NCBI RefSeq assembly: GCF_013315695.1
Contig: NZ_CP054353.1
DNA from: Escherichia coli
GTDB lineage: Bacteria > Pseudomonadota > Gammaproteobacteria > Enterobacterales > Enterobacteriaceae
Length of the DNA: 64,000 nt
Strand: one strand, 5' to 3'
Shown: positions 1 through 10,923 of the stretch, piece by piece
Numbering within the stretch: the stretch's first letter is position 1
Layout of the letters: every line of letters starts with the position of its first letter
Translations under genes and position numbers: made by a program
Notes under the pieces: generated by a model
Databases searched by the model: none
Seen by the model: only the letters and a program-made list of their open reading frames with translations
What the model was told of the DNA's origin: nothing

Positions 1-149
1 TGATTACGCCATGCTTCCAGAATACGACGGAAGTGCGCCAGCTGGGCTTCATTCATATACTCTTCGCCCGGCTTCTCCTGATATGGCTCCACCCCAGCGA
101 TGGCGAGAATACTCAGGGACGATGTTTTACGGTTTTGCCCTTCTTGCAT
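1..149 (-). CDS. dksA: RNA polymerase-binding transcription factor DksA, N-terminal part only (gene runs off the window start)
   Basis: Reverse-complement of 1-149 translates MQEGQNRKTSSLSILAIAGVEPYQEKPGEEYMNEAQLAHFRRILEAWRNQ, the DksA N-terminus; ATG is complement of 147-149. Confidence 0.85.
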   Translation of the reverse strand, partial: MQEGQNRKTSSLSILAIAGVEPYQEKPGEEYMNEAQLAHFRRILEAWRN

Positions 150-326
150 GTTGCTTCTCCTTAACACGCACTATCGATCCCCATGTTCGGGGGAAAAATG
201 AGGCCGCTATAAATAGCAGATGCTTTTCCGGATAGCAATTATCTAAACGTAACACTTGACAACTGTGTGAGGAAAAGCGTATTTGCGCACGCGACCAGAA
301 TGTAAATTAACCAGTTACTTACTCTA

Positions 327-1576
<1,250 letters not shown>

Positions 1577-1649
1577 GTGAGGCACTCGGTTATGAATTAC
1601 CGCGATGCTACAATGTGGCGCGAAGAATGTTAACCCTCTGGAGCGTTTT

Positions 1650-4079
1650 GTGTCGTCGTTGCCCGTTGCTGCCGTCTTACCTGAGTTACTTGCTGCCCTC
1701 GATGGTGCATCGCAGGTGTTATTAAGTGCGCCGACCGGGGCCGGGAAATCAACCTGGCTGCCGCTGCAACTGCTGGCGCATTCAGCTATTCACGGGAAAA
1801 TCATTCTGCTGGAGCCGCGTCGTCTGGCGGCGCGTAACGTTGCGCAACGGCTGGCGGAGCTGCTTAACGAAAAGCCAGGCGATACCGTTGGCTACCGGAT
1901 GCGTGCGCAAAACTGCGTCGGGCCGAATACCCGCCTGGAAGTGGTTACCGAAGGCGTGCTGACGCGCATGATCCAGCGTGACCCGGAACTGAGCGGTGTT
2001 GGATTGGTGATCCTCGATGAGTTTCATGAGCGCAGTTTGCAGGCGGATTTGGCGTTGGCGCTGTTACTCGATGTGCAACAAGGTCTGCGTGATGACCTTA
2101 AACTGCTGATTATGTCGGCTACGCTGGACAACGACCGCTTGCAGCAAATGCTGCCAGAAGCGCCCGTCATCATCTCAGAAGGGCGCTCGTTTCCGGTTGA
2201 ACGCCGTTATTTACCACTGCCCACGCATCAGCGTTTTGACGAAGCCGTTGCGGTAGCCACCGCCGAAATGCTGCGTCAGGAAAGCGGATCATTACTGTTA
2301 TTTTTACCTGGCGTCGGAGAAATTCAGCGTGTGCAGGAACAACTGGCTTCGCGCATCGGCAGTGATGTGTTGCTCTGCCCGCTGTATGGCGCGTTGTCGC
2401 TGAACGATCAGCGAAAAGCGATCCTCCCGGCACCGCAAGGGATGCGCAAAGTGGTGCTGGCGACCAATATTGCTGAAACCAGTTTAACCATCGAAGGTAT
2501 TCGTCTGGTGGTGGATTGTGCTCAGGAACGTGTGGCGCGCTTTGATCCGCGCACGGGGCTAACGCGGCTGATTACTCAACGCGTTAGTCAGGCATCAATG
2601 ACGCAGCGTGCCGGGCGCGCCGGGCGTCTGGAGCCGGGGATCTGTTTACATTTAATCGCCAAAGAACAAGCAGAACGCGCCTCCGCGCAAAGTGAACCAG
2701 AAATATTACAAAGCGATCTCTCCGGTTTGCTGATGGAATTACTGCAATGGGGATGCAGCGATCCGGCGCAGATGAGCTGGCTGGATCAACCGCCAGCCGT
2801 GAATTTACAGGCCGCGAAACGCCTGTTGCGGATGCTGGGGGCGATGCACGGTGACCGGCTTAGTGCGCAAGGGCAAAAAATGGCGGCGCTGGGTAACGAT
2901 CCGCGTTTAGCGGCAATGCTGGTTAGCGCGAAGAACGACGACGAAGCTGCTACCGCGGCAAAAATTGCCGCCATTCTCGAAGAGCCGCCACGGATGGGCA
3001 ATAGTGACCTGGGCGTGGCGTTTTCGCGCAATCAACCCGCCTGGCAGCAACGTAGTCAGCAACTGTTAAAACGCTTAAACGTACGCGGCGGTGAGGCAGA
3101 CAGTTCGCTTATCGCGCCGCTACTTGCCAGAGCGTATGCCGATCGCATTGCTCGTCGCCGTGGGCAAGATGAACGCTATCAACTGGCGAACGGCATGGGG
3201 GCGATGCTCGATGCCGACGATGCGCTAAGCCGCCACGAATGGTTGATCGCACCGTTATTATTGCAGGGCAGCGCCTCGCCGGATGCGCGGATTTTACTGG
3301 CGCTACCGGTCGATATTGATGAGTTAGTACAACGCTGCCCGCAGCTGGTACAGCAATCGGACACCGTGGAGTGGGATGATGCGCAAGGTACGCTGAAAGC
3401 TTGGCGTCGGCTGCAAATCGGTCAGTTGACGGTAAAAGTGCAACCGCTGGCGAAACCCTCGGAAGACGAGTTGCATCAGGCGATGCTTAACGGCATTCGT
3501 GATAAAGGTTTAAGCGTGCTCAACTGGACGGCGGAAGCGGAACAGCTACGCTTGCGTTTGTTATGCGCCGCAAAGTGGTTGCCGGAATATGACTGGCCAG
3601 CGGTTGATGATGAGAGTTTGTTGGCGACGCTGGAAACGTGGCTACTGCCGCATATGACAGGCGTACATTCGCTACGCGGCTTGAAATCACTCGATATTTA
3701 TCAGGCACTGCGTGGATTACTTGATTGGGTAATGCAGCAACGTCTGGATAGTGAATTGCCTGCGCATTACACTGTGCCGACGGGAAGCCGGATCGCCATT
3801 CGTTATCATGAAGATAACCCGCCCGCGCTGGCGGTGAGAATGCAGGAGATGTTTGGCGAGGCCACCAATCCGACGATCGCCCAGGGGCGCGTGCCGCTGG
3901 TGCTGGAGTTACTTTCCCCTGCCCAAAGGCCGCTGCAAATCACGCGTGATTTGAGCGCCTTCTGGAAAGGAGCGTACCGTGAGGTGCAAAAAGAGATGAA
4001 AGGGCGTTATCCCAAACATGTCTGGCCGGACGACCCGGCAAACACCGCACCAACGCGACGAACGAAAAAGTATTCGTGA
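1650..4079 (+). CDS. hrpB: ATP-dependent RNA helicase HrpB (DEAH-box)
   Basis: Track ORF 1605-4079; start set to GTG giving VSSLPVAAVLPELL; Walker A APTGAGKST, DEFH box. Confidence 0.92.
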   Translation: MSSLPVAAVLPELLAALDGASQVLLSAPTGAGKSTWLPLQLLAHSAIHGKIILLEPRRLAARNVAQRLAELLNEKPGDTVGYRMRAQNCVGPNTRLEVVTEGVLTRMIQRDPELSGVGLVILDEFHERSLQADLALALLLDVQQGLRDDLKLLIMSATLDNDRLQQMLPEAPVIISEGRSFPVERRYLPLPTHQRFDEAVAVATAEMLRQESGSLLLFLPGVGEIQRVQEQLASRIGSDVLLCPLYGALSLNDQRKAILPAPQGMRKVVLATNIAETSLTIEGIRLVVDCAQERVARFDPRTGLTRLITQRVSQASMTQRAGRAGRLEPGICLHLIAKEQAERASAQSEPEILQSDLSGLLMELLQWGCSDPAQMSWLDQPPAVNLQAAKRLLRMLGAMHGDRLSAQGQKMAALGNDPRLAAMLVSAKNDDEAATAAKIAAILEEPPRMGNSDLGVAFSRNQPAWQQRSQQLLKRLNVRGGEADSSLIAPLLARAYADRIARRRGQDERYQLANGMGAMLDADDALSRHEWLIAPLLLQGSASPDARILLALPVDIDELVQRCPQLVQQSDTVEWDDAQGTLKAWRRLQIGQLTVKVQPLAKPSEDELHQAMLNGIRDKGLSVLNWTAEAEQLRLRLLCAAKWLPEYDWPAVDDESLLATLETWLLPHMTGVHSLRGLKSLDIYQALRGLLDWVMQQRLDSELPAHYTVPTGSRIAIRYHEDNPPALAVRMQEMFGEATNPTIAQGRVPLVLELLSPAQRPLQITRDLSAFWKGAYREVQKEMKGRYPKHVWPDDPANTAPTRRTKKYS

Positions 4080-4172
4080 AGATCAAAGTAAATTTGAGAG
4101 ATATCTTCTTCTGTCTTGCAACAGAAGAACAGAAAATCGGGCTTTTGCGCCTGAATATTGCGGAGAAAAAGC

Positions 4173-6707
4173 ATGGCCGGGAATGACCGCGAGCCAATTG
4201 GACGCAAAGGGAAACCGACGCGTCCGGTCAAACAAAAGGTAAGCCGTCGTCGTTACGAAGATGACGATGATTACGACGATTATGATGACTATGAGGATGA
4301 AGAACCGATGCCGCGCAAAGGTAAGGGCAAAGGCAAAGGGCGTAAGCCTCGTGGCAAACGCGGCTGGCTATGGCTGCTGCTAAAACTGGCTATCGTTTTT
4401 GCCGTGCTGATCGCCATTTACGGCGTTTATCTCGATCAAAAAATTCGCAGCCGTATTGATGGCAAGGTCTGGCAATTGCCCGCGGCAGTTTATGGTCGAA
4501 TGGTCAACCTTGAGCCAGACATGACCATCAGCAAGAACGAGATGGTGAAGCTGCTGGAGGCGACCCAGTATCGCCAGGTGTCGAAAATGACCCGTCCTGG
4601 TGAGTTTACCGTACAGGCCAACAGCATTGAGATGATCCGCCGTCCGTTTGATTTCCCGGACAGCAAAGAAGGGCAGGTGCGCGCGCGTCTGACCTTTGAT
4701 GGCGATCATCTGGCGACGATCGTCAATATGGAGAACAACCGTCAGTTCGGTTTCTTCCGTCTTGATCCGCGCCTGATCACTATGATCTCTTCACCAAACG
4801 GTGAGCAGCGTCTGTTTGTGCCGCGCAGTGGTTTCCCGGATTTGCTGGTGGATACTTTGCTGGCGACAGAAGACCGTCATTTCTACGAGCATGATGGGAT
4901 CAGTCTCTACTCAATCGGACGTGCGGTGCTGGCAAACCTGACTGCCGGACGCACGGTGCAGGGGGCGAGTACGCTGACGCAACAGTTGGTTAAAAACCTG
5001 TTCCTCTCCAGCGAGCGTTCTTACTGGCGTAAAGCGAACGAAGCCTACATGGCGCTGATCATGGACGCGCGTTACAGCAAAGACCGTATTCTTGAGCTGT
5101 ATATGAACGAGGTGTATCTCGGTCAGAGCGGCGACAACGAAATCCGCGGCTTCCCGCTGGCGAGCTTGTATTACTTTGGTCGCCCGGTAGAAGAGCTAAG
5201 CCTCGATCAGCAGGCGCTGTTAGTCGGTATGGTGAAAGGGGCGTCCATCTACAACCCGTGGCGTAACCCGAAACTGGCGCTGGAGCGACGTAATCTGGTG
5301 CTGCGTCTGCTGCAACAGCAACAGATTATTGATCAAGAACTCTATGACATGTTGAGTGCACGTCCGCTGGGTGTTCAGCCGCGCGGTGGGGTGATCTCTC
5401 CTCAGCCAGCCTTTATGCAACTGGTGCGTCAGGAGCTGCAGGCGAAATTAGGCGATAAGGTAAAAGATCTCTCCGGCGTGAAGATCTTCACTACCTTTGA
5501 CTCGGTGGCCCAGGACGCGGCAGAAAAAGCCGCCGTGGAAGGCATTCCGGCACTGAAAAAACAGCGTAAGTTGAGCGATCTTGAAACTGCGATTGTGGTT
5601 GTTGACCGCTTTAGCGGTGAAGTTCGTGCGATGGTCGGTGGTTCTGAGCCGCAGTTTGCGGGCTACAACCGTGCGATGCAGGCGCGTCGTTCGATTGGTT
5701 CCCTTGCAAAACCAGCGACTTATCTGACTGCCTTAAGCCAGCCGAAAATCTATCGCCTGAACACGTGGATTGCCGATGCGCCCATTGCGCTGCGTCAGCC
5801 GAATGGCCAGGTCTGGTCACCGCAGAACGATGACCGTCGTTATAGCGAAAGTGGCAGAGTGATGCTGGTGGATGCGTTGACCCGTTCGATGAACGTGCCG
5901 ACGGTGAATCTGGGGATGGCGCTGGGGCTGCCTGCGGTTACGGAGACCTGGATTAAACTGGGCGTACCGAAAGATCAGCTGCATCCGGTTCCGGCGATGC
6001 TGCTGGGGGCGTTGAACTTAACGCCAATCGAAGTGGCGCAGGCATTCCAGACTATCGCCAGCGGCGGTAACCGTGCACCGCTTTCTGCGCTGCGTTCGGT
6101 AATTGCGGAAGATGGCAAAGTGCTGTATCAGAGCTTCCCGCAGGCGGAACGCGCGGTTCCGGCGCAGGCGGCGTATCTGACACTATGGACCATGCAGCAG
6201 GTGGTACAACGCGGTACGGGGCGTCAGCTTGGGGCGAAATACCCGAACCTGCATCTGGCAGGGAAAACAGGAACTACCAACAATAACGTAGATACCTGGT
6301 TTGCGGGCATTGACGGCAGCACGGTGACCATCACCTGGGTAGGCCGTGATAACAACCAACCGACCAAACTGTATGGAGCCAGCGGGGCAATGTCGATTTA
6401 TCAGCGTTATCTGGCTAACCAGACGCCAACACCGCTGAATCTTGTTCCGCCAGAAGATATTGCAGATATGGGCGTGGACTACGACGGCAACTTTGTTTGC
6501 AGCGGTGGCATGCGTGTCTTGCCGGTCTGGACCAGCGATCCGCAATCGCTGTGCCAGCAGAGTGAGATGCAGCAGCAGCCGTCAGGCAATCCGTTTGATC
6601 AGTCTTCTCAGCCGCAGCAACAGCCGCAACAGCAACCTGCTCAGCAAGAGCAGAAAGACAGCGACGGTGTAGCCGGTTGGATCAAGGATATGTTTGGTAG
6701 TAATTAA
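4173..6707 (+). CDS. mrcB: Penicillin-binding protein 1B (bifunctional glycosyltransferase/transpeptidase)
   Basis: Track ORF 4158-6707; start trimmed to [14 protein letters not shown]; acidic/basic cytoplasmic tail, TM helix, GT and TP domains. Confidence 0.95.
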   Translation: MAGNDREPIGRKGKPTRPVKQKVSRRRYEDDDDYDDYDDYEDEEPMPRKGKGKGKGRKPRGKRGWLWLLLKLAIVFAVLIAIYGVYLDQKIRSRIDGKVWQLPAAVYGRMVNLEPDMTISKNEMVKLLEATQYRQVSKMTRPGEFTVQANSIEMIRRPFDFPDSKEGQVRARLTFDGDHLATIVNMENNRQFGFFRLDPRLITMISSPNGEQRLFVPRSGFPDLLVDTLLATEDRHFYEHDGISLYSIGRAVLANLTAGRTVQGASTLTQQLVKNLFLSSERSYWRKANEAYMALIMDARYSKDRILELYMNEVYLGQSGDNEIRGFPLASLYYFGRPVEELSLDQQALLVGMVKGASIYNPWRNPKLALERRNLVLRLLQQQQIIDQELYDMLSARPLGVQPRGGVISPQPAFMQLVRQELQAKLGDKVKDLSGVKIFTTFDSVAQDAAEKAAVEGIPALKKQRKLSDLETAIVVVDRFSGEVRAMVGGSEPQFAGYNRAMQARRSIGSLAKPATYLTALSQPKIYRLNTWIADAPIALRQPNGQVWSPQNDDRRYSESGRVMLVDALTRSMNVPTVNLGMALGLPAVTETWIKLGVPKDQLHPVPAMLLGALNLTPIEVAQAFQTIASGGNRAPLSALRSVIAEDGKVLYQSFPQAERAVPAQAAYLTLWTMQQVVQRGTGRQLGAKYPNLHLAGKTGTTNNNVDTWFAGIDGSTVTITWVGRDNNQPTKLYGASGAMSIYQRYLANQTPTPLNLVPPEDIADMGVDYDGNFVCSGGMRVLPVWTSDPQSLCQQSEMQQQPSGNPFDQSSQPQQQPQQQPAQQEQKDSDGVAGWIKDMFGSN

Positions 6708-6723
6708 CGTCTAAGCGTGACAT

Positions 6724-6748
6724 ACCGGATGGCGAGTAGCCATCCGGT
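6724..6748 (+). terminator. Stem-loop downstream of mrcB (ACCGGATGGC-gagta-GCCATCCGGT)
   Basis: 10-bp perfect inverted repeat 17 nt after mrcB stop; weak U-tract. Confidence 0.45.
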
Positions 6749-6870
6749 AAAATAACATCCCACCCAAAGTATTAACCCTTTCTTTTCATCTGGTTGTTTA
6801 TTAACCCTTCAGGAACGCTCAGATTGCCTACCGCTTGCGAACCCGCCAGCGTTTCGAATATTATCTTATA

Positions 6871-6889
6871 TTTATAATAATCATTCTCG
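6871..6889 (+). promoter_or_regulatory. Fur box overlapping fhuA promoter -10 region
   Basis: TTATAATAATCATTCTC resembles Fur consensus GATAATGATAATCATTATC; ~40 bp upstream of fhuA start; fhuA is a known Fur-regulated gene. Confidence 0.6.
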
Positions 6890-6926
6890 TTTACGTTATC
6901 ATTCACTTTACATCAGAGATATACCA

Positions 6927-9185
6927 ATGGCGCGTTCCAAAACTGCTCAGCCAAAACACTCACTGCGTAAAATCGCAGTTGTAGTAGCCACAGCGGTTAG
7001 CGGCATGTCTGTTTATGCACAGGCAGCGGTTGAACCGAAAGAAGACACTATCACCGTTACCGCTGCACCTGCGCCGCAAGAAAGCGCATGGGGGCCGGCT
7101 GCAACTATTGCGGCGCGACAGTCTGCTACCGGCACTAAAACCGATACGCCGATTCAAAAAGTGCCACAGTCTATTTCTGTTGTGACCGCCGAAGAGATGG
7201 CGCTGCATCAGCCGAAGTCGGTAAAAGAAGCTCTTAGCTACACTCCTGGCGTTGCCGTGGGAACTCGTGGCGCATCCAACACTTACGATTACCTGATCAT
7301 CCGCGGATTCGCCGCTGACGGCCAAAGCCAGAACAACTATCTGAATGGCCTGAAGATGCAGGGCAACTTCTATAACGATGCAGTTATCGATCCGTATATG
7401 CTGGAGCGCGCTGAAATCATGCGTGGTCCGGTATCCGTGCTGTACGGGAAAAGCAGCCCTGGCGGCCTGTTGAACATGGTCAGCAAGCGCCCGACTACAG
7501 AACCGCTGAAAGAAATTCAGTTTAAAGCCGGTACTGACAGCCTGTTCCAGACTGGTTTTGACTTCAGTGATGCGCTGGATGATGACGGCGTTTACTCTTA
7601 TCGTCTGACTGGTATTGCGCGTTCAGCCAATGCTCAGCAGAAGGGGGCAGAAGAGCAGCGTTATGCTATTGCTCCAGCGTTCACCTGGCGCCCGGATGAT
7701 AAAACCAATTTCACTTTCCTTTCTTACTTCCAGAACGAACCGGAAACCGGTTATTACGGCTGGTTGCCGAAAGAGGGAACCGTTGAGCCGCTGCCGAACG
7801 GTAAGCGTCTGCCGACAGACTTTAATGAAGGGGCGAAGAACAACACCTATTCTCGTAATGAGAAGATGGTGGGCTACAGCTTCGATCACGAATTTAACGA
7901 CACCTTTACTGTGCGTCAGAACCTGCGCTTTGCGCAAAATAAAGTCTCGCAAAAGAGCGTATATGGCTACGGCATGTGCTCGGATCCGCTGTATACCAAA
8001 GACGACGATGCACTCAAGGCGAGTCCATGTTTAAGTATCCCGCAGTCAGAATGGAATCATACACTGACTCGTCAGTACGTTATCGATAATGAGAAATTAG
8101 AAAACTTCTCTGTTGATACTCAGTTGCAAAGTAAATTCGCAACCGGCTCGGTTGAACACACTCTGCTGACCGGCGTTGACTTTATGCGTATGCGTAATGA
8201 TATTGACTCCTGGTTCGGTTACGCCGGTTCCGTTGCACCGTCTGATATCTATAATTTAGACCGTAGTGACTTTGATTTTGGTGCTCACCCGGATCCGTCT
8301 GGCCCATACCGCGTTTTGCTTAAACAGAAACAAACCGGTCTGTATGTTCAGGATCAGGCGCAGTGGGATAAGGTGCTGGTGACTCTGGGTGGTCGCTATG
8401 ACTGGGCGGAACAGTCATCTTTCAACCGTGATTACGGTAATAAATCCGATCGTGATGACAAACAGTTCACCTGGCGTGGTGGCGTAAACTACCTGTTCGA
8501 CAACGGGGTAACGCCTTACTTCAGCTACAGTGAGTCGTTTGAGCCAGCATCTTTGACAGATGCAAACGGTGATCTGTTTGCACCTTCGAAAGGCAAACAG
8601 TATGAAGTTGGTGTGAAATATGTGCCGGAAGATCGCCCAATTGTGCTGACGGGCGCACTGTATCAGCTTACCAAAACCAACAACCTGATGGCGGATCCGA
8701 ATAATCCCAATTTCTCGATTGAAGGCGGTGAGATTCGCGCTCGTGGTGTAGAACTGGAAGCAAAAGCGGCGCTGTCGGCGAGTGTTAACGTAGTAGGTTC
8801 TTATACTTACACCGATGCGGAATACACCACCGACACTACCTATAAAGGCAATACGCCTGCACAGGTGCCAAAACACATGGCTTCGCTGTGGGCTGACTAT
8901 ACCTTCTTTGACGGTCCGCTTTCAGGTCTGACGCTGGGCACCGGTGGTCGTTATACTGGCTCCAGCTATGGTGATCCGGCTAACTCCTTTAAAGTGGGAA
9001 GTTATACGGTCGTGGATGCGTTAGTGCGTTATGATCTGGCGCGAGTCGGCATGGCTGGCTCCAACGTGGCGCTGCATGTCAACAACCTGTTCGATCGTGA
9101 ATACGTCGCCAGCTGCTTTAACACCTATGGCTGCTTCTGGGGCGCAGAACGTCAGGTCGTTGCAACCGCAACCTTCCGTTTCTAA
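6927..9185 (+). CDS. fhuA: Ferrichrome outer-membrane transporter FhuA (TonB-dependent receptor); loop-variant allele
   Basis: 752-aa ORF with signal peptide MARSKTAQPKHSLRKIAVVVATAVSGMSVYA, TonB box region, C-terminal ATFRF; internal loop segments differ from K-12 (see findings). Confidence 0.95.
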   Translation: MARSKTAQPKHSLRKIAVVVATAVSGMSVYAQAAVEPKEDTITVTAAPAPQESAWGPAATIAARQSATGTKTDTPIQKVPQSISVVTAEEMALHQPKSVKEALSYTPGVAVGTRGASNTYDYLIIRGFAADGQSQNNYLNGLKMQGNFYNDAVIDPYMLERAEIMRGPVSVLYGKSSPGGLLNMVSKRPTTEPLKEIQFKAGTDSLFQTGFDFSDALDDDGVYSYRLTGIARSANAQQKGAEEQRYAIAPAFTWRPDDKTNFTFLSYFQNEPETGYYGWLPKEGTVEPLPNGKRLPTDFNEGAKNNTYSRNEKMVGYSFDHEFNDTFTVRQNLRFAQNKVSQKSVYGYGMCSDPLYTKDDDALKASPCLSIPQSEWNHTLTRQYVIDNEKLENFSVDTQLQSKFATGSVEHTLLTGVDFMRMRNDIDSWFGYAGSVAPSDIYNLDRSDFDFGAHPDPSGPYRVLLKQKQTGLYVQDQAQWDKVLVTLGGRYDWAEQSSFNRDYGNKSDRDDKQFTWRGGVNYLFDNGVTPYFSYSESFEPASLTDANGDLFAPSKGKQYEVGVKYVPEDRPIVLTGALYQLTKTNNLMADPNNPNFSIEGGEIRARGVELEAKAALSASVNVVGSYTYTDAEYTTDTTYKGNTPAQVPKHMASLWADYTFFDGPLSGLTLGTGGRYTGSSYGDPANSFKVGSYTVVDALVRYDLARVGMAGSNVALHVNNLFDREYVASCFNTYGCFWGAERQVVATATFRF

Positions 9186-9196
9186 TTTCTCTTTTG

Positions 9197-9216
9197 GGGC
9201 ACGGATTTCCGTGCCC
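9197..9216 (+). other. Intercistronic stem-loop between fhuA and fhuC (GGGCACGGA-tt-TCCGTGCCC)
   Basis: 9-bp perfect inverted repeat followed by GTTT, 12 nt after fhuA stop. Confidence 0.4.
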
Positions 9217-9235
9217 GTTTCACAAGTTGGCTGTT

Positions 9236-10033
9236 ATGCAGGAATACACGAATCATTCCGATACCACTTTTGCACTGCGTAATATCTCCTTTCGTGTGCC
9301 CGGGCGCACGCTTTTGCATCCGCTGTCGTTAACCTTTCCTGCCGGGAAAGTGACCGGTCTGATTGGTCACAACGGTTCTGGTAAATCCACTCTGCTCAAA
9401 ATGCTTGGTCGTCACCAGCCACCGTCGGAAGGGGAGATTCTCCTTGATGCCCAGCAGCTGGAAAGCTGGAGCAGCAAAGCGTTTGCCCGCAAAGTGGCTT
9501 ATTTGCCGCAGCAGCTTCCTCCGGCAGAAGGGATGACGGTGCGTGAACTGGTGGCGATTGGTCGTTACCCGTGGCATGGCGCACTAGGGCGCTTTGGTGC
9601 GGCAGATCGCGAAAAGGTCGAGGAAGCTATCTCGCTGGTTGGCTTAAAACCGCTGGCGCATCGGCTGGTCGATAGTCTCTCTGGCGGCGAACGTCAGCGG
9701 GCGTGGATCGCCATGCTGGTGGCGCAGGATAGCCGTTGTCTGTTGCTCGACGAACCGACCTCGGCGCTGGATATCGCCCACCAGGTTGATGTGCTGGCGC
9801 TGGTGCATCGTTTAAGTCAGGAGCGTGGCCTGACGGTCATTGCCGTGCTGCACGATATCAATATGGCTGCGCGTTACTGTGATTATCTGGTCGCCCTGCG
9901 CGGCGGTGAAATGATTGCTCAGGGAACGCCTGCGGAAATTATGCGCGGCGAAACCCTCGAAATGATTTATGGCATCCCGATGGGTATTTTGCCGCATCCG
10001 GCGGGTGCTGCACCTGTGAGTTTTGTTTATTGA
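9236..10033 (+). CDS. fhuC: Ferric hydroxamate ABC transporter ATP-binding protein FhuC
   Basis: Track ORF 9194-10033; start trimmed to MQEYTNHSDTTFALRN; Walker A GHNGSGKST, signature LSGGERQR. Confidence 0.95.
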   Translation: MQEYTNHSDTTFALRNISFRVPGRTLLHPLSLTFPAGKVTGLIGHNGSGKSTLLKMLGRHQPPSEGEILLDAQQLESWSSKAFARKVAYLPQQLPPAEGMTVRELVAIGRYPWHGALGRFGAADREKVEEAISLVGLKPLAHRLVDSLSGGERQRAWIAMLVAQDSRCLLLDEPTSALDIAHQVDVLALVHRLSQERGLTVIAVLHDINMAARYCDYLVALRGGEMIAQGTPAEIMRGETLEMIYGIPMGILPHPAGAAPVSFVY

Positions 10034-10923
10034 TGAGCGGCTTACCTCTTATTTCGCGCCGTCGACTGTTAACGGCGATGGCGCTTTCTCCGTTGTTATG
10101 GCAGATGAATACCGCCCACGCGGCGGCTATTGATCCCAATCGTATTGTGGCGCTGGAGTGGTTGCCGGTGGAATTACTGCTGGCGCTCGGCATCGTGCCT
10201 TACGGCGTGGCGGATACCATCAACTATCGCCTGTGGGTCAGCGAACCGCCATTGCCGGACTCAGTGATTGACGTTGGTTTGCGTACAGAACCTAACCTTG
10301 AACTGCTGACCGAAATGAAACCATCGTTTATGGTCTGGTCGGCAGGATATGGCCCTTCACCAGAAATGCTGGGACGTATTGCGCCGGGTCGCGGATTTAA
10401 CTTCAGTGACGGCAAACAGCCGCTGGCGATGGCGCGTAAATCGCTGACGGAAATGGCAGATTTACTTAACCTGCAAAGCGCAGCAGAAACGCATTTAGCG
10501 CACTATGAAGACTTTATCCGCAGCATGAAACCCCGCTTTGTGAAGCGTGGTGCACGCCCGTTATTGCTGACGACGCTTATCGATCCGCGCCATATGTTGG
10601 TCTTCGGTCCAAACAGCTTGTTCCAGGAAATTCTCGATGAGTACGGCATCCCAAATGCCTGGCAAGGGGAAACCAACTTTTGGGGCAGTACCGCCGTCAG
10701 TATCGATCGTCTGGCAGCGTATAAAGACGTTGATGTGCTCTGTTTTGATCACGACAACAGCAAAGACATGGATGCGCTAATGGCAACCCCGCTGTGGCAG
10801 GCCATGCCGTTTGTCCGCGCCGGACGCTTTCAGCGCGTTCCGGCGGTCTGGTTCTATGGTGCGACGCTTTCTGCAATGCACTTTGTGCGTATTCTGGATA
10901 ACGCCATCGGAGGTAAAGCGTGA
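10033..10923 (+). CDS. fhuD: Ferric hydroxamate periplasmic binding protein FhuD
   Basis: MSGLPLISRRRLLTAMALSPLLWQMNTAHAAAIDP (Tat-like signal); ATG overlaps fhuC stop. Confidence 0.94.
   Translation: MSGLPLISRRRLLTAMALSPLLWQMNTAHAAAIDPNRIVALEWLPVELLLALGIVPYGVADTINYRLWVSEPPLPDSVIDVGLRTEPNLELLTEMKPSFMVWSAGYGPSPEMLGRIAPGRGFNFSDGKQPLAMARKSLTEMADLLNLQSAAETHLAHYEDFIRSMKPRFVKRGARPLLLTTLIDPRHMLVFGPNSLFQEILDEYGIPNAWQGETNFWGSTAVSIDRLAAYKDVDVLCFDHDNSKDMDALMATPLWQAMPFVRAGRFQRVPAVWFYGATLSAMHFVRILDNAIGGKA

Noticed and set aside
11-235. 74-aa plus-strand ORF at the window start
   Set aside because: It overlaps the dksA N-terminal coding sequence on the opposite strand and the dksA promoter region, and has no RBS or recognisable product.
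4098-4125. Inverted repeat TTCTTCTG-tcttgcaa-CAGAAGAA between hrpB and mrcB
   Set aside because: It is probably a simple hrpB terminator or mrcB leader structure; it is AT-rich with weak predicted stability and nothing suggests a riboswitch or sRNA.
4230-4330. Low-complexity acidic then basic tract ([15 protein letters not shown]...[16 protein letters not shown]) near the mrcB 5' end, and the Q-rich tract at its 3' end (6560-6650)
   Set aside because: These are normal features of the PBP1b cytoplasmic tail and C-terminus, not a repeat element or an insertion.
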